Shown here in pieces: positions 38,401-50,400 of a DNA stretch of 64,000 nt. Position numbers and translations under genes: made by a program. Numbering within the stretch: the first letter of the stretch is position 1; every line of letters starts with the position of its first letter. Location of the stretch: assembly GCF_030684315.1 (NCBI RefSeq), contig NC_081387.1, positions 20,270,678-20,334,677 on the forward strand. The letters run 5' to 3'. The notes below the pieces were generated by a model. It searched no databases and was not told the origin of the DNA. It saw nothing but the letters and a program-made list of their open reading frames with translations. Source of the DNA: Stegostoma tigrinum. Taxonomy: Eukaryota.

Positions 38401-41400
38401 CAACGAATCTTGCCTATTATTGTTTATTATCATGCAAGGTGGTAGGAGTAAAAGTGTGAGATAACCTCTAATGAAAAATATTTAAAACTAGAAGGCAATA
38501 ATGAAACTTACCAACTTTGAAGTTGAGCATTTAAATACACTTTCAATATTCTACAATTTGAGCAATGATGCTTTTACTTTATGATACTTTACGAACATGG
38601 CACAAAAATGAGGAATGAATAGATGATGTAGTAATAATTTTTTGCATTTTTGTCTTTCTGATACATGGATAAGCATTATAATTTCCTAAAATCTTGGCTT
38701 TTACTATTCCTTTCTAGGGCTCTCCCCCTTGCTTTCCTTTCAAAAGTCTATGCTCGTCAACAAATAATTTGGCTAATTACGCCAACAGTTCAGAGAAAGT
38801 TTGAAAGTATGATCCCCAAAATATGCAGGTATACAAATCACCTCAAGCTGGATATCTTCTCTCTTGAGAAAAGAAGGTTGATACATAACCTGATTGGATT
38901 CTATTAAATTATGAAGGCTTTGTTACAATAGATACAGGGGAAATTTTCCTCTTACGGGCAATAGCTTAGATAGAAGCCACCAATACAAGATCACTATCAA
39001 GTATTTCCATGGGAAATTGAGAAGAAACTTCTTCCCATAAACTATGACGAGAACGTGAACTCATTACTACAGTATGAAGAGACTAACAGAGCCATAATTA
39101 AAAGTTAACTGAAATTCACATAAGGACATATAAATAGTTTACTAGATTTATTAGTTGAGACGATAATAGGGAGAGGGCCAAGAAGAGTAGAAACACTGTG
39201 CCGCAACTCATTCTACATTATTTTGTATTTGAATTCAGTAATTACCTGGAGGTCTGCTACTGTGCAGTGTAGAAATTATTTTGATTAAGATTATAGCGAA
39301 CAGCACCAGGACCACCACTGAAAATATCAGAAGATTGGTGTTCCACTGAATTGGAGATTGTGTTTCTTCAGAATCGATGTGAGCTGCAAATAGAGGAGAG
39401 AAAAACTATTTGTTTTGTTATGCCTTTGCATGTCTCTTTGTGCTTTTGTTAGTGGCTATATATTGGTTTCATGCTTAATTTAAAAGCAGCAAATAAGTAG
39501 CAATGTTGCAGTATGGTGCAGTGAGGTACTTAGTTGTTGAGCAGTAGAGCAAATAAAACTATTTCTCTTTTTATAACCCTCTTATAAGCTCCTCTGTGCT
39601 TTTCATTGCTGTTATTCTTAGTCATATGTTTTAGTTAAGGTAAACAAGACCGTTACAAAGATCATTTGTACAAAATAAGCACAAATAATATCAGCAGGCA
39701 AAGCCACAATAAAGAGTCAGTTGGGTGACTGCAAGCCTGTAGATGCCAGCAGACGTGGTTTAGTGGACGTTGGGGTAGAAGGTAGAGGAGGAGCAGGTGT
39801 GGATTGTAGCTACTGGGGGAAATGAAGTGTTGTACACTGTTCTGTGTATCTCTTCCTTTATCTGACTTGTAATCTATTTCAGAACAAAATGCTCATCATA
39901 TAAACTGCTTACATTCCATTAATTTGAACTTCTTAGGAAAGCTATATTGGTTAAAAATGGATTCAAAAATGCTGCTAATCTGAATTTAACATACAATAAT
40001 TCATTCTAAATTAAATATCAATAACTATGTACCACCCATCCTCCGCTCGATTAAATGATCAATTAGACTCAGACAAATTTATAATTAATTTACCCACTCA
40101 GCTTAGGGCATCCTTATGCTACTTTGTGAAGATGATCGAGATAGCTGACGGTGTTGAAGCCGTCTTAAGTTGCAAAACATGTAGAACAAACCAGTTATTA
40201 TTCAAATGTGATTATAACAACCAGCACCAGGACCACCATTGAAAAGACAAGCAGATTTGGAGATGGCGTTTCTCCAGAATCAATATGAGCTGAAAATATG
40301 GGGGAGAAAAACCATCCATTTCATTATGTCTTTCCTTTTCTCTTTGTGTTTTTAGTGGTTGCTATATTGGTTTCACACTTCATTTAAAAGCTGCAAATGA
40401 GTAACAAAGTTGCAGTACAACATTGCAGAGCACCTGGACAGTGAGTGGATGAAACGGAAAAAAACTAAGTATTTTTTCATCATCCTCATCTGTGATTTTC
40501 ATTGCTGTTGTTGTTAGTCATATATTTCAATTAAGATAAACAAGGATATATAGAAGATCATTTGTACAAAATAAGCAAGAGTATGATCAGCCAACAAAGC
40601 CACAATAAAGAGTCAGTTGGGTGATTGCAAGCTTGTGGATACCAGTAGAGGTGGTGGACGTTGACATGGAGAAGGGGAGGAACAGGTGTAGATTGTAGTA
40701 ACCGGGGAGGTGAAATGTTGGACACTGTTCTGTGTATCACTCCTTTCTCTCAGGTAATTTATTTTAGAATAAAAATTCTTCTCAAATAATAACTTATTTT
40801 CTGTCAATTTAATCTTCTCAGCAATGCCATACAGCTTCAAAATGGATTTAAAAATGCTGCAGATCTGAATCTAATCCATAATTATTCATCATAAATTAAA
40901 TATCAGTAACTATGCACTACCCATCCGCCACCTGATTCAGTAATCAATTAGAATAAGACAGTTTTGCAACTAGTTTACCCACTGAAACTTAGAACCTCTT
41001 CATGCTACTTTGCAAAGATAATACCAATATATGACGGCATTGAAGCTATCATAAATTGCATATCATGTAGAAGAAACTAGCCAGCTATTAGTCAATTATG
41101 ATTGCATGTGTGATGGCTAAAGCAAGTGAATTTCTTTAAAAGAAACAGTTTCCTGGAAAGAAAATGGAAAAGAAAGGATATTTTGATCTGATGATCCCTT
41201 CTTTATAATTGTCTAATCACAGGACAATAGTTGCCAAATGTGTACCGATGCAATTCAAACATATTATGCAATTCAGTTCAAATAAAATAAAGGATCCTGC
41301 TTCTGCTAGGTTTTCATCAGGTCATTCGCTATTCTGACTACTATTGTCAAGGTGCTGCACCAACACTAGCATTTATTGCCAAGTTAGGATGCAAGGGTGG

Positions 41401-44400
41401 AATTGAACTTGGGTTCCTAGTGCTGTGAAGCAGCAGTGTTAGCCACTGCACCACTGCATATAGCATTTAGCCCTTTCTCTGTCAGGTGCTATCTAGCTGT
41501 CACATGTATGTTTCAAAATTATTCACTTTGCTTGTTCCACATTGCATCAGGCTTCAGATTCTCACAATTCCCTGAGTAAAGAATTTGCACTGTTCCAGCA
41601 GAATCAGTTAGAGTGAAATTCCATTTGTTTAAAATGTAATTATCCATTAACCATCAGCAAAGGTACAAATTTCAAAAGTGTAGATTAATATTCTGTGACT
41701 TAATTTTGAAATATCATTGCCACTGTGTAGAATAATATACTCTGCGGTTTCTCTGAAAGTAATCCTGATACAGGTCAGTGAACTCCAAGTACACAAAAAT
41801 GTTTATCTCTGGGGCTAAGTGTTTCAGTCTAATTTGTGATAACATGCTTCAGTTATTGATTGATTGATTCTCAGTCATGAATTTGAATCTAATCAAACTA
41901 ATTCCTTCAAGTTATGAATTGCACATCTGCAGTGAACAATTCCATTACTTGTGAGTTTCATGCACTCATCGCATTAGTTTGGTTGCACAAAAAAAACCCT
42001 CTAGAGAGTGCCGATGGATCAGTTCAAAAATTTGATGTTTCGCAACACAATCGTAAGTTTTCATGACGTAAAAAAATCTCATAGATAATCAAGAGATAAT
42101 TCCAAAAATTCGCGCACTCTGTGGTCGAAGAACTCAGCGTATCTGTGCAAAGGACAAAGCTGTTGCATTTTCAATCATCTGCAGACAAGTACAGTCAATT
42201 TTCCTTCTCGGCTGTTTCCAGAACACTGTATCATTGAGGATTCCAGTGCTAAACCAATTCAATTCACTGCACGTCATGCAACCAGGAGCTAACTGCACCG
42301 GACATGGCCACAAAAGACCCAAATCTGTTAACCAGTTCTGTCTTTAGCTATTTAGTTCAGCTACATCATTGATATATAATTAACAAACATAACATGACTC
42401 TTTCATGAGAAAAGTAAAACTCAATCCAGCCAATTACTGCCCACCAGACTTGCCCCAAATATCAAAGAAGTAATGGGGGTTTCCTCAGCAGTTTATAAAA
42501 TAACAAGTGATCCATAATAACCGATGACATTTTTGCTTTCCGTCAGGGCTAACCTTTTCTTGAGCTGTTAACACTTTGCACTCAAATTGACAGTGCTAAA
42601 CACGAGCGGGAAGGAGAGACGTGCTGCCATGTGATGAAATACTCTACATTTGCCCCAGTGACATGCAAGAAATTCAAACTTTTCCAAAATAAACTAGCTT
42701 TATTTTTGGAATCCCTTCCCAGCACCTTCAATATTCAGTAGCAGCAATCTATAAGTTGCACTGCAAGGACTCATCATGTTTTCTTTGACTGCATTACTCA
42801 AATTTAGGATTTCTATTAACTGGGCTGTGTGACATCAACACAAGCTGTGTGTCGGCCTCCAGACCATCACCATTCTGATGAAACCTAAATAAGGGTAAGA
42901 TGGGGAGCTGAAATAAAAACAGAAAGGGCTAGACAAAATCAAGCTTCTCACCGAAGCACCAGAGAGCAAAACAAAGTTAACGTTTGAAGTTCAATATACC
43001 TTCTCTTTGGGTCTCTTTCTGACTTGGCAAAGCTTTTCCCTTTTTTCATTGCTGCTGGGCAACTTTCTGAGCCTTTCTCCTTTCCAGAGCTTACAAGAAC
43101 TGAAACCACACCACATTCTGGCACTCCTATCATGTTCTAATGGTTTCATAGAGGCAACAAGTCATATTAGCATACCTCCATATGAATTATCAGCAGCAGA
43201 ATACCACATTTCTTCTGAAGGTTACTCTGCCAGTCAGTAATATTATATTTGATTTTATTACTTTGACCATTCATCTGCTTGCTTATCAAAAATCTATCTA
43301 AATTTCATTTAAAGCACTCAAAAACTTTTCTTTGAAAGTCTTCCAACATGCTTTGAGGAAAGAAGATCCAAAGACTCTGGCATTTTGAGAATGAAAACAA
43401 CCTTACCTCTGCTATTAAAATTTCTGCTACCTAAATGGGAGTAAATTTCTGCTAGTTGACATACAACAGCTGAAGTTGTTGTACTTTTTTCTTTTTTCCA
43501 TAAATCATTTCAACTGTTATCTTTAATCAATGCATGCACGATTCTCCTAGCCAAGGATATTTCCATTCAAAATTCCATTTTGAGTGTAAAGACAGAAAAG
43601 TTGGAAATGTTTTTAACCAAGGAATTGTCAATGTTTCAGGCGCAATTTTACTCACTGTTGGCATAAATTGGACAGTGACCTAGGGCAGCTTTGGAAAACT
43701 TATTTTCCATTTTGATTTCGAAGGCAACGGGCTTGTTTAAAATATCTCTGTAGAATGTATTCTCGAGGTTTCATTCTAATTGCTGATCATTATCCAATGG
43801 TTTTGCCAGAAATGATTGTCTTTTCACTTACAAGATGCCTGAGCTATTCAGTTTCACCTTTAGGAATGCGTTGGAAGTAATCTTAAACCCAGAAGGCAAG
43901 CTGAACCCTTCACAACGTCACTGATCTAATCACTTCTGTAAATACCAACACAACATCTGCCTCTTGCGATGAGCAGGTCACGATTACAATTGTTCTGTAT
44001 ACTAAAAGGATCAGGCGTGATTGGAGAATTTAACATAGCTGAACAGTCACATGAATAAATTCAGAAGTCATGTTGACTTTTCGCTCCAACAGAATTCAGC
44101 GAGATGAGGCAGATGAAATTTAGCTCAGAGAACAGTGGACTGGGAGGGAGAATAAGGCATTCTGAGATAGAAGTGGTGCAGAAATATAACGATCATGTGT
44201 GGATATTGTTGAAGTTGGTATGGGAGATTTAGAAAGTGGGTTAAAAGACACTGAAAGTATGAGTCCTATAAAGAAAGGCAAGGCGTACAGAAACATGCAA
44301 AGTATGGGGGATATTTCTAAAACTCTATTTCAGACTTACTTGCGTTGTTACACAATATTTTGGGCCGTACAATATTAAAAAGATATGGTGACTCGATAGA

Positions 44401-47400
44401 GCGTACGGCACAATTTATAGAAATGTCTCCAGATTCAAGATTTTTCAGTTACCTGGATAGATTGCAGAAAGTATGCTTATTCTTTTTTAGAGAGCGAAAA
44501 GTTTAACAACTGATTAGATGGAAGTGGCCAAAATTACTAAGCGTTTAGAGGAGTAGATAGATGAAGTACTCCCAACTACTGTTGGGCCTGAACTTGTGGG
44601 AACAAATTGAATGTGAGCACAAATGACCACCAGGACAAGAAGCACAGAAAAATGAACACTGGTGAGGATCTGAAATGCACTACCTGAGAGTGTTATTGTG
44701 ATGGATATGATCGGGAAAGCCTGAACCCTTCCAAAGAACTGGATAAGTAGCTAAATTTTTTTTTAAAAGTATGGCTACAAGATAAAGGTCAGGGAATGGG
44801 AGTCGAAGAGTTGCCCTTGCAACGAACCGTCACGTGCACAATAAGCTCTTACTGACTTGTGTTACAATTCATTGGAAATAGTTCCTACTACTCTGAAGCG
44901 AGAGCAAAATTGGATGTGGTGCAATAACAGCATTGATTCAGATATTGTCAGTTTATCTATTTTGCAGGAAACATCCAGGCGGGAATAAAGATGAATTTTA
45001 ACTAAGGTTTGAATAGAATATTGAACATAGAACTGCACAGCACAGGAATGGGCCCTTTAGCCCACAATGTTGCGACGAACATGATGCAAAATTAAACTAA
45101 TCCCTTCGACCGCCCTTGGACCCAATCCCTCCATTTCTTGCATAGTCATGTGCTTTTCTAAAAGATGTTTAAACGACCCTATCATGTCAGCCTTCACCAC
45201 CATCCTGGCAGTTCATTCCACACTCCTCCTGGTCTGTGTTAAAAAAATTCCACTCACGTCTCATTTGAACAATCCCCCCCCCCCCCCCCCCCCCCCACCC
45301 ACCCTCACCTTAAATGCATGCCCCTTAGTTTTAGATATTTCAATTCTGGGACGAAAAGATTCTGACTGTCAACCGTTTCTATGTATCTCGTAACTTTATA
45401 AAATTCTATCAAGTCTCCCCTCAGACACCACCGAACCAGGGAAAACAACACAAGTTTTTTCATCCTCCCCTTTTGGTTCATACACTCTAATTCAGGCAGC
45501 ATCCTGGTAAGTGTCTTCTGCACCCTCTTAAAAGCCTCTATTACTTTCCTGTAATGTGGCGATCAGAAATGAATGCAGTACCCTAAGTATGGCCTAACCG
45601 AAGTCTTATAAAGCTGCAACATGACATTCTGATTCTTGTATTCAATTCCCCGACTACGAAACTCAAGTCTGCAGTATGCCTTCTTTACCACCTTATCTAT
45701 CTGTGTGGCTACTTTCAGAGAGCTATTGACTGGAACCACAAGATCCCTCTGAACATCAATGCTGTTCAATGCCCAACCATTAACTGTATACTTTTCCTTA
45801 AAATCTGATCTCCCAAAATGCAGCATCTCACACTTTCAAGGCTTAAAGTCCATTTGCCATTGCTCCGCCAATATCTGTAACTGATCTACATCCCGCTGTA
45901 TTCTTTGACAACCTTCTGCATTATCCACAACCCCACTGATCTTTGTACGACCTATGAACTTATTATTTTGCCCATCTATATTTTCATCCTATATATATAT
46001 ATAAAACAGCAGAAGTCCCAGGGCAGATCATTGTGGAAATGGGCAAGCTATTCTGAATCTGCATTGCCAAGTTACCTTTGATCCCAGACATCTTGATCCC
46101 TGTATGAGCCTATCATGAGGGACCTTGTCGAAAGCCTTACTAAAATCTGTGTTGGCAACATCCACTGCTCTACCCTCAGCGGTCACCCTTGTCACCTCCT
46201 CTAGAAATTCAATCAAGTTAGTAAGACATGACTTGCCCTGCTGACTGTCCCTAATTAGGCCATGCTTTGTCAAATGTGTGGAAATCCTAAACCTAAGAAT
46301 TCTCTTCACTAGATCCCTAACCACTGAAGTGAGACTCACTGATCTTTAGTTTCCTGCATTTTCCCTATTCCCTTTCTTGAATAGAAGAACAACTTGCCAA
46401 TCCCCAGGACCTCTCCAGTGGCTAATGAGGATGCAAAGGTCTTGGTGAAGGTCCCAACAATTTCCTGTCTTGCTTATCTCAATAACTTGGCACCCCTGGA
46501 GAGTTATCCACCGGAAGGCACTTCAAGAGACCCAACACTTCTTTCTTGATCTCAAAATTAGTATGTTCCACACAAATCTTACTATCCTCCATATCCTTCT
46601 CCTGGGTGACACAAAGTACTCATTTAGAATCTTACCCACATCTTCTGCCTTGAACAATAAGTTCCTTCTGTTATCTTTGAGTAGTCCTCCGTTTTTAATG
46701 TATAGAATGACTTGAGATTCTCTTTAACCCTCTTCTTGCCCTCCTAATTCCCTGCTTGAGCTCTTTCTTGCTATCTTTATATTTCTCATTGACCTTGTCC
46801 GATCTTGGCTTCCAAAAAATTACCTATGCTTCTTTTCTTTTCTCTTTGACTACATTCATTGCCTCCCTCGTTGCCCAAGGTCTCCTCACCTTGCCATTCT
46901 TCTCCTTCCATCTTACTGGAAAAAGCTGAGGCCTCATCAGCTGGTCTTTGAACAGTTCCCATATGTCAAATGTGAACTGTCCCAATAGCAGCTCCTCCTA
47001 ATTAACAACTGCTAGCATCCTACTGATGCAATTTGCCATCCCCCAATTCAGAATGATCCCACAAGGTCCTGATTTATCCTCATTCATAGCTATCTTTAAA
47101 CTTAAAGAGTTGTGGCCACTGCTTCCAAAATGCTCTCTCACTGGAAGGTCAGTCACTTGGCCAGGCTCATTAGACCGTACAAGATCCAGGAGGCCTCCCA
47201 TCTCCAAATGGGCTGTCTATATACCGTTCCAAGAAACTTTCTTGGATGCATTTGACAGTTTCTGCCCTGTCCAAGCCTCTTACTCAAATGGAGTCCCTGT
47301 CAATATTAGTAAAGTTAAAATCACCCACTATGACAACTCTGTCTTTAAAGCATCTTCCCATAATCTGCCTGCACATTTGTTCCTCAATGACTCGTCAGCA

Positions 47401-50400
47401 GTTGTGGGGACATAGCGATGGCACCCATCTTATTTTGGAGCTCCACCAATATTGGTTCAATGAACGAGCTCTCCAGCATGTCCTCTCTGAGTGCAGACTT
47501 AACATTCTTCCTGATTAGTAATGAGCCGCCTTCGCCTCTTTTACATTCTTCTTTAGTTGGTCTAAAACAACAAAACCCTGGCACATTGAGCAGCCAATCC
47601 TGTCCTTCTTTCAACCAATTCATTTAAATGGCCTCAACAACATAGTTCCATGTATTGATCCAGGCTCGAACCTTGGAGGCAATAAGGACGGTAGATGACG
47701 GAAGCCAGTGTCAATAGATGTAAAGCTGGAAAGGCACTGCAGGTCAGACACCATCCAAGGAATAGAAAACTTAACAATCTGGGCTGAAACCCTTTGTCAG
47801 GACTGGCGACGGGGTGGGGAGCCCAGAAGTAAATAGAGGGAAGTGTCTGGTCTGGGCGAAGGTTAGGTGGGATGGTAATAGTTGGGCACAGGTAGGAGGT
47901 TATTATGATTAGTCAGTTTGAAGAGTGGAGTGGATAGGTGAGTAGGAAAATAGGCAGGTGAGGTTAGGTCAGGGAAGCGAGAGGGCTGGACATGGGGCTG
48001 GGAATGGATGGTTTTTGAGGCTGGTGAAGTCAGCATTGAGGCCATTGGGCAATAAGCTCCAAAGGTGAAATATCAGATGTTTTCCTCCAGCATACAATTG
48101 TGCTCACTCTGACAGTGGAGTAGGCCAAGGATGGGCATGTCACCAGGTAAGTGGGAGGGGGAATTAAAATGGATGGTAACGGGAAGGTTAGATTGGTTGG
48201 TGTTGACAGTGCACAGATGCTCCATGAACTGGTCCGCGAGCCTGCGTCTGGTTTCCCCAATACAGATGAGACCACTTTGGGGGCAATGGATACGTTAGAT
48301 CAGGTTGGAAGAAGTGCAGGTGAATCTCTGCTAGATCTGGAAGAATTGTTTGGGACCTTGTACGGAGATGAGAGGGCAAGTGTACAGGCAGGTGTTGCAT
48401 CTTTTGCATTTGGCAGGGAAAGGTACCGGGTGTGGTCGAGAATTTGGTAGGAGTGGGTGTAGAGCTGACGAGAGAGTTCTGGAGTGAACAGTCCCTGTGG
48501 AAAGTGACAAGGATGGGGAAGGAAATATATTTTTGGTGGTGGGGTCTGCTTGTAGGTGGCAGATGCTGAATTGGACTCAGAGGTTGATGGGGGGGTATGT
48601 GAAGACTAAGGGGACTCTATCCTTGTTGTTGGGGAGAGGGGTTTGAGGGTAGAAGGGCAAGAAAGGGCGGAGGTATGGTTGATGACATCCTTAATTACAG
48701 AAGATGGTAAATACTGGATCCTAATGTAGGTTAATATCTGGGATGCCCTGGAGTAAAATGCCCCATCCTGGGAGCAGATGCTGCAGAGGCAGAGGAATTG
48801 AGAGTATAGGATAACATTTATGCAGAAGGGCAGGTGAGAGATGGTGTACTCGAGGTAGTTGGGCGAGTCAGTGGATTTGAAATGGGTGTCATTGGTGAGT
48901 CAGTTTCCAGAGATGCAGATAGAGAGGTCCCGGAAATGGATGGAGGTGTCAGAAATGATCCAGATGATTTTGAGGGCAGTGTGCAAGGTATTGATGAAGT
49001 GGATGATCTGCTTGAGCTCTTTGTGGGACCAGGAGGCAGTACTGAAGTAGTCATTAGTATAACAGAGAAAGAAGTGAAGGATGGTTCTGGTGTAGGTGTG
49101 GCAGAGGGACTGTTCCGTGAATCCTACAAAGAGGCAGGCATACCTCAGGCCCTTGCAGTTAACCATGGTTTGTAGGAATTGAGAGGAATCAAAGGAGAAA
49201 TTGTTGTGAGTGAGGACCAGTTCAGCTAAGTGAATGAGAGTGCCAGTGGAGAGCAGGAAGTAGAGGGTCTTTAGACCCTCCATATGGGGAATACAGGTGT
49301 AAAGGTGCTGTATGTCCATGGTGAACATGAGATGCTGAGGGCCAGGCAATTGAAAGTTTCGGAAAAGATGGAGGGCGTGGCTTCTGTTACAAATGTAGGT
49401 AGGAAGTTCCTGGACTAAAAGGTAAATAACAGAGTCGCGGTAGGAGATGAGCTGAGTGGGGCAGGTGCAGGCAGAGAGAATGGGTTGACCGGGGCATTTG
49501 GTTTTATGACTTTTGTTTAGAAAAGAAGCTGTTTCTGATCCTGTTTGGGCATGTAGTACTCCCTCATCAGCTTTGCACACCCCACCAACTTCTCCACCAC
49601 ACCAGGTACCTTTCCCTGCAAACGCAAGAGGTCCAATACCTGCCCCTTCTTATCTCTGTCGAAGTACGCATACAATTCTTTTAGATCCAGCAGAGATTCA
49701 CCTGCACTTCGTCTAAACTGACCTAGTGTATCCATTGCTCCCAATGCGATCTCCTCGATATTGGGGAGACCAAACATTGACTTGGGAGCCAACTTACAGA
49801 GTATCTATGCTCTGCACACACCAACCAATCCCATCTTCTGATTCCCGTCCATTTTAATTCCCCCTCCCACTCTCCTGGAAACAAGTCCATCCCTGGCCTC
49901 CTCTACCGTCAGAGTGAAGCCAAATGTAAACTGGAGGAACAACACGCGATATTTCGTTTTGGGAGCTTACAGCCCAGAGGCCTCAATATTGACTCCACCA
50001 GCTTCAAAATGTCTCCATCCCCAGCCCTATCCTCTGTCCAGCCCTCCCCTTCCTCCACACATCCCTGACCTGGCCTAACCTGCCTGTCCTCCTATTCACC
50101 TATCCTCTCAGCCCTTCCCAGTGACCAGTCACAATAACCTCCTCCTTGCGTCCACCCATCAACATCCCACCTACCCTTCTCCCAGCCCTAACTCCTCCAT
50201 TTATTTACTTCTGGGCTCCCCTCCCCCTCGGTCCGAATCGTTGACTTTCCTGCTCCTCGGATTCTGACTGACCTGCCGTGCTTTTTAAGCCTCACATTAA
50301 TTGACTCAGGCTCTACGTTCAACTGCCGTCCTCCTTGCGTTGAAATGAACACAGCTCAGTCCATTAGTACCGTCGCGTTCATGTACCTGTCTCTGCCTGC

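Noticed and set aside
38512-38550. 39-nt AG/GT-bounded candidate cytoplasmic exon
   Set aside because: Gives an immediate TGA in the required phase 1.
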